From assembly GCF_963921235.1 (NCBI RefSeq), contig NC_086114.1, forward strand, positions 61,566,001-61,630,000: a DNA stretch of 64,000 nucleotides. Direction: 5' to 3'. The stretch comes from Mobula hypostoma (lineage: Eukaryota). The notes below the pieces were generated by a model, which did no database searches, had not been told where the DNA came from, and was given only the letters and a program-made list of their open reading frames with translations. This document shows, one piece after another, positions 13,186 to 27,198 of this stretch (positions within the stretch are counted from its first letter, which is position 1; every line of letters starts with the position of its first letter). The position numbers and the translations under genes were made by a program.

Positions 13186-13772
13186 CAAGGGGTGATTGAT
13201 AAGTTCGTAGCCTAAGGTAGAAGGAGTCAATTTTAGAAAACCTAGTACATTTATTTTTCAACATAGTCCCCTCCTACATTTACACACTTAGTCCAGCGGT
13301 CGTGGTGCATATGGATCTTGGACCTCCACAGCAGGGGTGATTGATAGGTTCATGGCTTAAGGTAGAAAGAGATGAGTTATACAGCTCTCGTTACATGCAC
13401 ATGTAGGTCAACTCCTTGAGTGATTATGCAGAAAGTTTGAAGTTAATCACTCATCAGGGATGATTGATAAGTTCATAGCCTAAGGTAGAAGAGATGAGTT
13501 ATTAACTTCCAACTTTCTGCATGATCACTCAAAGAGTTGACCTGTATGTGCATGTAACGAGAGCTGTATAACTCATCTCCTTCTACCTTAGGCCATGAAC
13601 TTATCAGTCACCCATCTGTGGACACTTTCTGGAGGTCCAAGATCCGTATGCTCCACTACCGCTGGACTAAGTGTGTAAATGTAGGAGGGGACTATGTTGA
13701 AAAATAAATGTGCTAGGTTTTCTAAAATTGACTCCGTCTACCTTAGGCCGGAAACATATCAATCACCCCTCG
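13186..13772. mobile_element. Mariner-derived palindromic MITE (587 bp)
   Basis: TA|caaggggtgattgat...atcaatcacccctcg|TA; ~270-bp inverted arms; TIR motif repeated internally. Confidence 0.88.
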
Positions 13773-14121
13773 TAATCGACCAGTTTCTGAAATTGTCCTT
13801 GAGACACTACACTTTGGCCCATCTTGAAAAAGCATATCAAAGCCCATCCCTTTCTCCAAAACTCAGCTAGCTCACACTGTGAACCAAAAAACACAAAGGT
13901 TAAGAATGGGAGGAAGTCATTCAGCCCTTTGAATTTTCTCTGACATTTAATGATCATGGCTAATCACTCTAATCTAATATCCTGGTCTATCCCGCCCCCC
14001 CCATATCCCTTGACCCCTTTGGTATTAAGAAATTTATCTGCATTCTTTATGATCACATTTAATGACTTGCTCCCTTGTCTTGTCATTCTGGCCCCTCGAT
14101 CAAGATGATTATTTTCTGTAC

Positions 14122-14213
14122 CTGTTTGTGATGAGCAGATTTGTTCTTTTCTTCCCATACAAAAGACAATGCGAACGATATCGCTCTCCATTAAGCTTTG
14201 CAATCTCCAACCT
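14122..14213 (-). CDS. VPS13C: VPS13C coding exon RLEIAKLNGERYRSHCLLYGKKRTNLLITN(R), start of C-terminal PH region
   Basis: ttcttgcag acceptor, 92 nt, gtacag donor; aligns with human NHIKKLEGETYRYHCAIPGSKKTILMVTNR (recalled). Confidence 0.92.
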
Positions 14214-14859
14214 CTGCAAGAAAAGTCAGATTATTTTCTCCAGCAACACTTAATCAAAGGTGAGAATTTAAATATGGTGCATACAACTCACTGACATCAT
14301 GTGCAGTCAGTAGCTTGTGTCAGAATGGGTAAGTCTTAGCTTCAGCCACACAACCACATGTAAGTTGAAAGTTAAGGTGAGGTATTTGATGTGTTGTAGT
14401 AAACCATCAGAGCCAAATAACTGAGACACAGACTCCATCCCTACCAGTTCCTGCTCTCACCAAAATTCTGTTTGATTAGGCATTGTGTACATTGGCAAGA
14501 GTTGAGGAAAATTGATTTTGCAATGCATCACATAATTCCCAATGACTGCATGCAAATTAACTACTTTTAAAATATTTCTTCCCTGTTAATCAAATCCGTC
14601 ACACACAAGTCAAGTATTAAAATATGTTTATTTAAAAATAGCTATATTCAAAGCAGGTTTTGTACAAAAGATGCAAACTTAGAGGAAGGACCCATGCTGA
14701 TGAAAACTGCCATAAAATTAGATTTGAAATAGAGGCACTGTTGTACCATGGGAAACGCAGCAACACACTCATACACAAACAGCAGTGTTCCACTACAATT
14801 GGAACCATCAAACATTAATTATAATTAGGCACATTTGCCAAGTGATCAAGATCAAAATG

Positions 14860-15835
14860 GGTATTGATATTAACAGACTGAATTGTTAGAGCAACAGTCA
14901 GTGGTCTGAAGGGAATTAATATTAGGTAATGGTTGAAGCCTTGAGCAATGATTTTCTGCAGGTCTTCATTGTGAGGACACATATTAACATACCAAAGGGA
15001 GATGTTATGGATGCAGTGGGAGGTGAGGATCTCAATACAATCACTGACACTAAAGAGGGAGTGATGAGCAAAAAGGTAGACAAGTTCTTTTGTCCTAATG
15101 AAACACATTCCAAGGTACTGAAAGTAATGGCGTAAGTTAGACGTGTTTGTGATAAGTTACCAAAATTCTCTGCATTCTGTGCAGGTCCCAGCAGAATGAA
15201 ACACATACAATGACATGGCACTGTTTAAAGAAAAGTTGTAGGGAATAAGTGGGCAAATATAGCTAGTTAGCTTAACGTCTGTAGTTGAGAAAATACTTGA
15301 AGTTATCATCACAGTGAGACATCGGGATAGAAGTTCCATCAGGCAGACACAACACGGATTCATGAAGGACAGGTTCTGCTTGACAAGCTTAGTGGAGTTC
15401 TTTGAGAAGATAAGCAGAGTGAACAGAGAACAGGTGGATGCTGTACACTTGGACTTCCAGAAGGTATTCGATAAGGTGTTGAATAAAAAATACATCGAGT
15501 TAGAGGTAATGTGGTTAACCAGTGGAAGACAGATTATGATTAATGGCATTTCTCTTGTTTCAAGTAGTGAGCAGAGTGCCATTGGGCTGGGTCCTGGGCC
15601 AGCAATATTTATACATTAACTAAGATTAGGAAGAGAGGACAGAGTGTAATGCACCCAAGTTTGATGATGACACTAAACTGAGTGGAAAAGCAAATTTGTG
15701 CAGAGATGTTGAGAGTCTACAAGAAACATAGATAGGTTAACTAAGTGGGCAAGGGTCTGGCAGATGGAGTACTATGTGGGTAAATGACAGATCATCCACT
15801 TTGGAAGGAAAAATAGAAGATCAGATTACTTACTT
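14860..15835 (+). mobile_element. Old CR1 ORF2 fragment
   Basis: QHGFMKDRFCLTSLVEFFE...DAVHLDFQKVFDKV in ORF 15314..15619. Confidence 0.75.
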
Positions 15836-15886
15836 AATGTCCATACAGTATTCAGCCCCCTTGAAAGTTTTCGTGTTTTATTGTTT

Positions 15887-18800
15887 TAGAAACAAGGAAA
15901 ATAGGTGCAGGAGTAGGCCATTCGGCCCTTCGAGCCTGCACTGCCATTCAGTATGATCATGGCTGATCATCCAACTCAGAACCCTGCACCTGCCTTCTCT
16001 CCATACCCCCGATCCCTTTAGCCACAAGAGCCACATCTAACTCCCTCTTAAATATAGCCAATGAACTGGTTTCAACTGTTTCCTGTGGCAGAGAATTCCA
16101 CAGATTCACCACTCTCTGTGTGAAGAAGTTTTTCCTCATCTCGGTCCTAAAAGGCTTCCCCTTTATCCTTAAACTGTGACCCCTCGTTCTGGACTTCCCC
16201 AACATCAGGAACAATCTTCCTGCATCTAGCCTGTCCAATCCCTTTACAATTTTATACATTTCAATAAGATCCCCCCTCAATCTTCTAAATTCCAGCGAGT
16301 ATAAGCCTAGACGATCCAGTCTTTCATCATATGAAAGTCCTGCCATCCCAGGAATCAATCTGGTGAACCTCCTTCATACTCCCTCTATGGCAAGAATGTC
16401 TTTCCTCAGATTAGGGGACCAAAACTGCACACAATACTCCAGGTGTAGTCTCACCAAGGCCTTGTACAACTGCAGTAGTACCTCCCTGCTCCTGTACTCG
16501 AATCCTCTTGCTATGAATGCCAGCATACCATTCGCCTTTTTCACCGCCTGCTGTACCTGCATGCCCACTTTCAATGACTGGTGTGTAATGACACCCAGGT
16601 CTCGTTGCACCTCCCCTTTTCCTAATTGGCCACCATTCAGATAATAATCTGTTTTCCCTTTTTTGCCACCAAAGTGGATAACCTCACATTTATCCACATT
16701 AAATTGCATCTGCCATGAATTTGCCCACTCACCTAACTTATCCGAGTCACCCTGCATCCTCTTAGCATCCTCCTCACAGCTAACACTGCCGCCCAGCTTC
16801 ATGTCATCCGCAAACTTGGAGATGCTGCATTGAATTCCCTCATCTAAGTCATTAATATATATTGTAAACAACTGGAGTCCCAGCACTGAGCCTTGCGGTA
16901 CCCCACTAGTCACTGCTTGCCATTCTGAAAAGGTCCTATTTATTCCCACTCTTTGTTTCCTGTCTGCCAACCAATTCTCTATCTACATCAATACCATACC
17001 CCCAATACCGTGTGCTTTAAGTCTGCACACTAATCTCCTGTGTGGGACCTTTCAAAAACCTTTTGAAAATCCAAGTATACCACATCCACTGATTCTCCCC
17101 TATCCACACTACTAGTTACATCCTCAAAAAATTCTAAGAAATTCGTCAGACATGATTTTCCTTTCACAAATCCATGCTGACTTTGTCCGATGATTTCACC
17201 GCTTTCCAAATGTGCTGTTATCACATCTTTGATAACTGACTCTAGCATTTTCCCCACCACCGATGTTAGGCTAACCGGTCTATAATTCCCCGGTTTCTCT
17301 CTCCCTCCTTTTTTAAAAAGCACGGTTACATTAGCCACCCTCCAATCCTCAGGAACTAGTCCAGAATCTAAAGAGTTTTGAAAAATTATCACTAATGCAT
17401 CCACTATTTCTTGGCCTGCTTCCTAAAGCACTCTGGGATGCAGACCATCTGGCCCTGGGGATTCATCTGCCTTTAATCCCTTCAATTTACCTAACACCAC
17501 TTCCCTACTAACATGTATTTCGCTCAGTTCCTCCATCTCACTAGACCTTCTGTCCCCTACTATTTCTGGAAGATTATTATGTCCTCCTTAGTGAAGACAG
17601 AACCAAAGTAGTTATTCAATTGGTCTGCTATGTCCTTGTTCCCCATAATCAATTCATCTGTTTCTGTCTGTAAGGGACCTACATTTGTCTTAACCAATCT
17701 TTTTCTTTTCACATATCTATAAAAGCTTTTACAGTCAGTTTTTATGTTCCCTGCCAGTTTTCTCCCATAACCTTTCTTCCCTTTCCTAATTAAGCCCTTT
17801 GTCCTCCTCTGCTGGACTCTGAATTTCTCCCAGACCTCAGGTGTGCCACTTTTTCTGGCTAATTTGTATGTTTCTTCTTTGGAATTGATACTGTCCCTAA
17901 TTTCCCTTGTCAGCCACGGGTGCACTACTTTCCCTGGTTTATTCTTTTGCCAAACTGGGATGAACAATAGTTGTAGTTTATCCATGCGATCTTTAAATGC
18001 TTGCCATTGCATATCCACCGTCAACCCTTTAAGTGTCATTTGCCAGTCTATCTTAGCTAATTCACGTCTCATACCTTCAAAGTTACCCTTAAGTTCTGAA
18101 CCGTTGTTTCTGAATTAATTATGTCACTCTCCATCTTAATGAAGAATTCCACCATACTATGGTCACTCTTACCCAAGGGGCCTCTCATGACAAGATTGCT
18201 AATTAACCCTTTCTCATTGCTCAATACCCAGTCTACCTGCTCTCTAGTTGGTTCCTTGACATGTTGGTTCAGAAAACCGTCCCGCATACATTCCAAGAAA
18301 TCCTCTTCCTCAGCACCCTTACCAATTTGGTTCACCCAATCGATACGTAGATTGAAGTCACCCATTATAACTGCTGTTCCTTTATGGCACGCATTTCTAA
18401 TTTCCTGTTTAATGTCATCTCCAACCTCACTACTACTGTTAGGTGGCCTGTACACAACTCCCACCAGTGTTTTCTGCCCCTTAGTGTTATGCAGCTCTAC
18501 CCATATCGATTCCACATCCTCCCGGCTAATGTCCTTCCTTTCTATTTCGTTAATCTCCTCTCTAACCAGCAATGTTACCCCTCCTGAATATTAAATATCC
18601 CTGAATGTTGAGCTCCCATCCTTGGTCACCCTGGAGTCATGTCTCTGTGATCCCAACTATATCATAATCATTAATAACTATCTGCACTTTCAATTCATCC
18701 ACCTTGTTACGAATGCTCCTTGCATTGACACACAAAGCCTTCAGGCTTGCTTTTACAACACTCTTAGCCCTTATACAATTATGTTGAAAAGTGGTCCTTT

Positions 18801-19943
18801 TTGATTTTTGTCCTGGGTTTGCCTGCCTGCCACTTTTACTTTTCACCTTACTACTTTTTGCTTCTACCCTCATTTTACACCCCTCTGTCTCTGCACTTGT
18901 TCCCATCCCCTGCCACATTAGGCTTCGTCCACACTACTCTGGATAATTTTGAAAACACCGGTTTCGAGTAAAAATGACAGGCGTACACACTAAGCGTTTT
19001 TCAAAATATCTCTGTCCACATTACACGGATATTCGGGTGAATCTCCTCTACTGGGCACACGCAGGACACACAGAAAACAAGCGAAGAGGGAACGGTATAC
19101 TTGGAGCGCGTTTGTCCAGTTACAGACTAGAAAAACTTAAAAGGAATTGCTCTTGGTTCTCGCGCAGGAGGACTTAAAACTTAAAAAAAACAAATACTGG
19201 AGTGTACAGAGGCAACCGACAGGGAGTTCACGGACAGTATGACCCGGCTGACGACGAACATTGAAAAACTGACCAACTTTGTTGCATTAATAAAGCACCT
19301 TGTTAAATGTATAAAACATGTCTGCATCAGTGTTATCTTGTATTTCCATACAATATTACATTAGGCTGTTACACATCTATTGTCAGAGAAGTACTTGCAT
19401 AAATGGGTAAACCACCTTCATACAAGCAAGGACAGAAAACAGGGCAAAGTGAGTATACTTATTTATTCAGTAAGCTATTGGTCAAAGTATTTGGTGAGTA
19501 CGTTTCTAACTCTTGCTTCAGTCTCGTTGCTGTCCGTTCTGAAATTGTTTGGTTCTGCAAAGCGCAGAATCAAATATCGCTGTGATGATTGTACACTCTA
19601 GTATCAATTGTTTGACGACAATAAAGTAGTAGTAGTAATAATAATAATAAGAAGAAGAAAACAATGAAATGCCGCGCTGTCTCCATCTGTTGCGGCACGT
19701 CATGACAGCGGTTTTAAAAAGCTCCGGTTACCCCGTACACACTGCAACGGATATTAGGTGTCTTCAGATTTATTCACTCTGGAGACCGTTTCTGAAAATC
19801 TCCGTTTTCGGGGGATGAAAACGCTGTTTTAGTGTGGACAGAGGGTCAAAACGAAGAGAAAAAGTTTTGTTTTCAAAATTATCCAGCGGTAGTGTGGACG
19901 TAGCCTTAGTTTAAATCCTCCTGAACAACAGTAGCAAATGCTC
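15887..19943 (-). mobile_element. Relatively young CR1 LINE, near-complete ORF2 (APE + RT) broken by frameshifts; interrupted by Harbinger MITE
   Basis: Successive ORFs: NARSIRNK/GITET, YRPP/GDFN/SDH (APE), NYRPVSLTS, DFQK, GVPQGSVLG, FADD, EYCVQFW. Confidence 0.93.
18921..19905. mobile_element. PIF/Harbinger-type non-autonomous element (985 bp)
   Basis: TTA|ggcttcgtccacactac...gtagtgtggacgtagcc|TTA (TIRs plus 3-bp TTA TSD); removal restores the CR1 sequence. Confidence 0.88.
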
Positions 19944-20704
19944 TGAATAACAATGTGTATTGAATAACAGTGGATTTAATTTGAGTTTTTTTGAACTGAT
20001 CAACAGAAAGACTCTTTTGTGTCAAAGTGTAAACAGATCTCTACAACGTGATCTAAATTAAATACAAATATAAAACACAAAATAATTATTGTATAAGTAT
20101 TCACCCCCTTCAAGTCAGTATTTAGTAGCTGCACCTTTGGCAGCAATTACAGCTTGAATCTGTGTGGATAGGTCTTTATCAGCTTTACACACCTGGACAC
20201 TGCAATTTTTCCCCATTCTTCCTTACAAAAGGGTTCAAGCTCTGTCAGATTGCCTGGGGAACTTGAGTGAACAGCCCTTTTCAAATCCAGCCACAAATTC
20301 TCAATTGGATTGAGGCCTGGACTCTGACTTGGCCACTCCAGGACATTAACTTTGTTGTTTTTAAGCCATTCCTGTATAGCTTTGGCTTTATGCTTGGGGT
20401 CATTGTCTTCCAGGAAAACAAATCTACTCCCAAGTCGCAGTTTTCTTGTGGACTGCATCAGGCTTTCCTCCAGGATCTCCCTGTATTTTGCTGCAAATCA
20501 TTTTACCCTCTTCACAAACCTTCCAGGGCCCACTGCAGTGAAGCATTCCCACAGCATGATGCAGCCACTACCATGATTCATGGTAGGGATGATGTGTGCT
20601 GTTTGGCTTAACCAAAGATATCGTTTAGTCTGATGGATAAAAAACTCAATTTTGGTTTCATCATACCATAGAATCTTCTTTCAGCTGATTTCACAATCTC
20701 TAAA

Positions 20705-21285
20705 TAATATATATTTTTAAAACTGTACATAAGACTCCTGGATAACAAGGTTTTGTACAACTGTACTACCACATCTTGTGCATATGCCCAAGCCTTTTGC
20801 ATTGAAGGCCAACACTTCAATTGTTTTCTTTACTGTCTGGGGCACTTGTATGTTTACTTTAAAGTGTGCTGCACAAGGACACCCAGAGCCTTTTGTTCCA
20901 CATTTCTCAATCAGTCACCATTTAAATAATACACTGCTTCAGAAGCTATGCTCACCCTTATCCGCAGTGTACCCACTCTGCCATGTACCTGCCCACATAC
21001 GTAGCTTGTGGAATCATGTTCAGATCTGTTTGCACCCCATCGTCTCATGTTGTTGGTAAAGACGTTGCAAAACTTCATACATTTAACGTATACGGTGATT
21101 AGTGGGGTCACAAGCACTGATCCCTGCAGTACTTCACTAGTCACCACTTGCCATCCCCACAAAGCCCCATTTATTACTGTTCCCAATTTCAAGTCGGTTA
21201 ACCAATTTTCATTCTATGGCAATAAAGTACCCCCAATCCCACAGGCTCACATTCACCATTAATGTGGGACTTTATAAAAGGTTCC
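20705..21285 (-). mobile_element. Old CR1 RT fragment
   Basis: WQVVTSEVLQGSVL in ORF 20911..21192. Confidence 0.65.
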
Positions 21286-22469
21286 GTTAAGATGTCGGCG
21301 CATTGGATCGCAGCAGGTTCTACAGGGTCAACAAAAAGTGTTATTATCCTTTTTAAACGTATTTTTTATGATCGCCAGACCCGTTAGACATTAAGAACTT
21401 AAAAGTACTGTAGGTCTACCCCATCAGCGAGTTGCTTATTAGTAGAGAAAATGAGGGAGCTGTGCATCATGCTGCTGCCTGTGTCGAAGGCGGCATAAGG
21501 TCTAATGGCAATTTTGGTCGTCTTGGTCAATTTTGACCATCTTGGTTGCAAGATTTGGATATTGTTAATATGGTATGCCACAAGTTCAATTCACTGATTT
21601 ATTGGCAAAGCGTAGGGGCCATTTTTTTTTTGCATGATTGTATTTTACTGATAACTTAATATGCTTGTTATATCGTATGTACGAGGACTAAGCCTCAAGC
21701 TGCGGTGACGCCTGTTTACAACAGGCAGGAGAGAGGGATCGGAGCCAGTGCACTCCCCCAAGGGCAGTGTGGTGCCGCGTCCAGATTGGAGTTGGTGCTG
21801 CTACCTAGCGTTCACTTGGCAAAAGACAAATTGTGTTGTAGTCAACTGCAGATTTTGGCAGCATTCATGGCTAAGGTCTGGACTATTTTTAAATTGTGTG
21901 GCTGAATCTCACAAATATCTTTATGTGAGTAAAATGGTTGAATGACAATTAAACTTGAATCAAATGGAACTGAATTGAAAACCCAAATGCGCCATGCCCA
22001 CTGGTTCTCCATCATCTATTTCACCACATACATGCTCAAGTAACTCTAGGAAGTTTGTCCAACACAATTTCCCTTGCATGTTCCATCTCATGCCTCTTCA
22101 TCAGGAGTCAGCCTCAGGATGCTCATCCAACAGCCCAACATTACACTGACATATGACAGTGCCAGGAAATTACAGAATTTAGTTTTTGACAGTAGACTTG
22201 CTGGTTCAAGAAGAACCAATACACTAAAATGTGAACAGAAGTAATGCATTTTAAAGATAAGATTGAAGGTTTTTATTTTGTTTTGGCAGTTGTATATATG
22301 AACAGAAAATGCACCTATGCTATCTAATTTCAAATTTATTTCCAAATATAAAGGAATCACTGATTGTTTTCAATGGCCAAGGTCTTAAATGAATATATAA
22401 TATTATCAAAATTTACTGTGGAAAAGATCAAGGAAGCAGACAGTAATGTCCTAACATATAGGCATGAAA

Positions 22470-23900
22470 GTGGAGGAGTTGGCAGTGTTGAGGCACATAA
22501 AAGTGGATAAATCCCTTAAGTTTAACCAACTCTGGGATTCTTAACCTTACAATCTACCTCATTATGATTTTGCACTTTATTGTTTACCTGCACTGCACTT
22601 TTTTGGCAGCTTTTACATTTTATTCTGCATTGTTATTGTTTTTCCTTATTCTGGCTCAATGTATTGTGTAATGATTTGATCTGTACAAACAGTATGTAAG
22701 AGAAGGTTTTCACTCCATCTTGATACCAATAACTATATACTATGACATTATAGGAAGCAAGGTAAATCTGCTGGGATCCTGGCAGAGATCTTTACAACTT
22801 GTTTAGCCACAATTGAAGTAATGAAAGAGTGGCGGGACCTGAAAGTTGGCCCTTCATTTAAGACAGCGTACAAGAACAAAAGAAACTAATATCAGTGGTG
22901 GGAAAGTTACTGGGCAGAATCAGAGATAAGATCTTTCTGCATTTGGGAGGGCAAGTACTGATCAAGGATAATCCGCATAAGTTTGTGGGTGGGAAATAGT
23001 GTCTCACAAGTTTGAATGAACTTCTTTCAAGAAGTGATCAAGAGGATTGATGAGGGCAGGGCAGTAGTCATTGCAATGGACTTTACAATGTAAAGCCCTA
23101 CATGGACTTTAGCAATGCTTTGGACAAGGTGCAGCATGCTAGGCTGGTCCAGAGCAAAATCATGACCTGGCCAACTGGATACAGAATTGGCTTGATGGAA
23201 GTAGTCAGAGGGCAGTAGAGGAGGGTCACTTTTCTGAATGGTGGTCTGTTACCAGTGGTGTGCTGCAGAGATCAGTGCTGGGTCTTCTGTTGTTTGTCAT
23301 ATATATTAATGACTTGGATGAGAATGTATGTGACACAAATAGTCATTTGAAGATGACACCAAAATTGATGGCTGTCTAAGTTTACAACAGAATCTAGATT
23401 AACTGCAAAAGTGGGCAAAAAAAAACAGGAATGGAATTTGTTGTGCATTTAATGTTTCAATAATATTTGAGTAATATTGTAAGTATGTTGTTGATTAAGC
23501 ATTCTTTGTTTAAATAATTTATTACTGTTTTATATGTAAAAATAAGTGAATTGCATATATCATGACACTACCACATGATTGTGTGCACATCGCTTAAAGT
23601 AAACACAAAATTAAAACTCGAATTCCCTGCTCTGTGTATTTTTGCTTTTAATTAATTTTATGTTTTGGATTTACAAAACATAACAGAGTTTAAGTCAGAC
23701 AACTATCAATTTATGCATTTTGGAAAGCTACACAAGGCAGAACATTCACAGTGGTCTTGGGGAATACTGCAGAACAGAAAGACTTTGGGGTAAAAGGGCC
23801 TGGAGACAAAGGTAAACAGGGTGGGGAAGAGAGTATATTGCATGCTTGCCTTCATTGGAAAGGGCATTTGGCACGATAGCTGGGATGTCATATTACAGCT
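22470..23900 (+). mobile_element. Old degraded CR1 ORF2 fragment with small internal insertions
   Basis: Decayed DFSNALDKV, TSGVLQRSVLG, INDLD motifs. Confidence 0.65.
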
Positions 23901-24818
23901 GTAAAGTTTTCTGATAATTTTTAAGTTTTTCCAAGCTTTTTATAAAATACTCCTCAGGGTCATTTTAAAAAACCTCACATAGATTTCAAAGTAGTTATGG
24001 AAATAAGACAGTGATACACACAAAACGCACATTATGTGTTGCTTCGTATTTCCTGCAATTTTCTCATGTTTAAGATAGTGATATATCAGGAATAAAATGA
24101 GGGAAGGTCAATTTGATTAAAATAAGCAAGAGCTCGCAAAGGTAGACTGGGAGCACCTACTTGCAGGGAAGTCTACATCTGCAGTGTAAGCATTTAAAAG
24201 AAAAGTAATGACTATTCGGGTAAAAGTTTTCCTGTAAGGGTGAAAATCCTGGCTAACAAGTACAGGAAATCTTGGTTACTGAACATAAAAAAACATATAG
24301 CAGGCATAGAGGGGGAGGCTGGTCAGGAGTGTAAAGGTTATAGGGAGATGCTTGGAAAGGAAATTAGCAAGTCCGAGAGGGGTCATGAAATATCACTGGC
24401 AGGTAGGATTAAGGTAAATTCAAAGGTATTTTATAATTATAAAAAAGAAAAATGACTAACGAGACAAAAAGTAGAGTCTGTTAGGAACAATGCAAGCAAG
24501 AACTAGAAGGTATGGGTGAATACTATTCACAAGGGGCACAGACTTTATAGTTGGAGGATTCAGCAAAGGGGAAGGTGAAACTCAACTGAAAGTCTACATG
24601 AAGAGAGGAGGTATTCAATACCTTAGATAAATAAATCCCTTGGGCCCAATGAGGTTTATCCCAGACTTATGAGAGGTAAGAGAAGAGATTACTTGCACTC
24701 TGCTGAGATTTTTAAACCTTTGTTGAGCACAACTGAGGTATCAGTTTGACTGGAAGACTGTTCTCTACTTTCAAGGCAACAGGTAAAAGCCTTGTAATTA
24801 TAGACCAGACATCAGTGG

Positions 24819-25077
24819 GAGTGGTACAGAAGTGTAGTAGTAAGCACGATGCTTTACAGTATCAGCGACGCGGGTTCATTTCCTCCTGCTGTCTATGAGG
24901 AGTTTGTACGCTCTCTTCATGACCTCTTGGGTCTCCTCTGGTTTCCCCCCACAGTCCAACAACGCACTGGTTTGTAGGTTAATTGGTTATTGTAAATTGC
25001 CCTGTGATTAGTCTAGCATTAAATTGGGACATTGCTGGGCTCAAAGGGCCTACACCACACTCTGTCTCAATAAATAA
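24819..25077 (+). mobile_element. tRNA-derived V-SINE/HE1-like SINE
   Basis: tRNA-like head (gggttcatttcc B-box-like), central ggtttcc...cacagtcc...ggttaattgg domain, aataaataa tail; atcagtgg TSD at 24811-24818 and 25078-25085. Confidence 0.75.
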
Positions 25078-25641
25078 ATCAGTGGTAAGGGTTTCTGGAA
25101 AAGATTTCCGAGGGAGAGGATTAATGATCATTTGGAAAGGCAGGGAATAATCAGAGACAGCATGACTTTTTCAAGGGCTGATTTTGTTTGACCAATCTGA
25201 TTGACTTTGATAAAAAGGTAAAGAAGTATATTGAAGAGGGCAGCGCAGTAGATGTGTCTGCATGAACTTCAGTAAGACCTTCAACAAGCTCCACATGGGA
25301 GACTAGTTGAAAAGGTCAAGGCCCATGGGATCCAGGATAGGTTGGCAGATCCAATCCAAAAATTGGTTTAGTGACAGGAGACAGAGGGTGATGGTAGAGG
25401 GTTGTTTTTGTGATTGGATGGCTGTGACTGTTGGTGTATCACAGGTATCAGTGCTAGGACCCTTACTGTTTCTAATATACGTGAATGATTTGGATGTGGA
25501 TGTGGGAGGAAGGATCAGTAAGTTTACAAATGACATGAAGACTGGTGGATTGTTGAAAGTGTGTATGGTGGTCTTAGGCTACAGGGCGATATTGATGTGT
25601 TGGTGAAGCACGATTAATGAGGTAGTGTATTCTGGGAGCAC

Positions 25642-26234
25642 TAATAAAGCTGGTCGAAGAACACTGAGGCTGTCTACAAGAAGGGTCAGAGCCGTCTCTA
25701 TTTCCTGCCGGACGATGCTGAGGATGTTCTACAAGGTCTGTGGTGCCCAGTGCTATCATGTTTGCTGTTGTGTGCTGGGGCAGCAGGCTGAGGGTAGCAG
25801 ACACCAACAGAATCAACAATCTCATTCGTAAGGCCAGTGATGTTGTGGGGATGGAACTGGACTCTCTGACGGTGGTGTCTGAAAAGAGGATGCTGTCCAA
25901 GTTGCATGCCATCTTGGACAATGTCTCCCATCCACTACATAATGTTCTGGGTGGGCACAGGAGTACATTCAGCCAGAGACTCATTCCACCGAGATGCAAC
26001 ACAGAGCATCATAGGAAGTCATTCCTGCCTGTGGCCATCAAACTTTACAACTCCTCCCTTGGAGGGTCAGACACCCTGAGCCAACAGGCTGGTCCTGGAC
26101 TTATTTCATAATTTACTGGCATAATTTACATATTACTATTTAACTATTTATGGTTTTATTATTATTTATTATTTATGGTGCAACTGTAACGAAAACCAAT
26201 TTCCCCCGGGATCAATACAGTATGACTATGACTA
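25642..26234 (+). mobile_element. Rex1/Babar LINE 3' fragment with (tatgac)n tail
   Basis: VVCWGS...RKASDVVG...SHPLH...KSFLPVAIKLYN; nearly the same as 43749-44551. Confidence 0.85.
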
Positions 26235-27198
26235 CGGCTAGGACATACATCACAAATGGTAAGGTCCTACAGAGTATTGAGGAACAGATGGACCTTGGTG
26301 TGCAAGTCCAAAGTTCCCTGTAGGTGTCAGTACAGAGATAATACAAAGCCGCATATGGGCTACAGGCCTTTACCAGTTGAAGCATTGAATACAAGATCAA
26401 CAAGGTTATGCTCCCATTTCACAAGATCTTTGTCAAACCTCAGATGGAGTACTATGTACAGTTCAGTTCACCACATTACAGGAAAGATATGACACTGCTG
26501 GAGAGGGTGCAGAGAAGATTCATCAGGAAGTTGTCTGTGATGGAAATGAGGACTGACTGTTTTCTTTGGAAAGAAGGAGGTTAACAGCAAATATGATTGA
26601 GGTATATTTAATTATGAAGTGTATAAGGCATATTACAGGAAACTTTATCCCTTATTGAAGGTAGGTAAAATGAGAGGACACAGATTTAGTTTTGGGGTAA
26701 GAGAATTAGAGGAGATTTGAGGGAGACTCAGTGAGTGATGAGTACCTGAACTGCATTGGCTGAGAAGCAGAGTCACTGAAGTGTGTAAACAAACATTTGC
26801 ATTGCCCCTGATAGAAGGCAATAGGCCAAGTACTGGAAGATGGGATTAATGTGGATGGGTGCCCACTGGTCAGCATGAGCCAAATGGTCTGTTTCTGCAT
26901 TGTCTGACTTAATCATCTAAATGTCATTTTACAATATTTCAGATCATGTAAACATTGGTCTATTATTCAACTGTAGAGCAAGACCAACAAAATAAAGATA
27001 TTTCTCAAAAAAATCAAACTATAACTGAATACAATAAAGCAAACTATAGAATCACAATTAAAATACAATCCATGTTTATTTTAAATATAGGTGATGATTA
27101 TTATTCATACAATATATGTGGAAATTAATAACCAGAATAGAAAAAGAACCAGCCAGACAGGAGGGTCATAAGATTAACTATTAGTGTTTCAGAATATA

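Larger units (their letters stand above)
15835..20700 (-). mobile_element. Tc1-like DNA transposon remnant, split by a CR1 insertion (Tc1 parts ~15835-15886 and ~19950-20700)
   Basis: DNDPKH...WPSQSPGLNPIENLW (ORF 20147..20458); end sequence matches the copy at 38125 across the insertion. Confidence 0.8.
24070..26910 (+). mobile_element. Old degraded CR1 ORF2 fragment hosting a SINE and a Rex1 fragment
   Basis: RRQRVMVEG...GVSQVSVLGPLLFLIYVNDLD...ISKFTND in ORF 25307..25606. Confidence 0.7.

Noticed and set aside
13186-13772. Regularly repeated ~35-nt motif as CRISPR-like array
   Set aside because: Copies occur in both orientations within a TA-flanked palindrome in a vertebrate intron; it is a MITE
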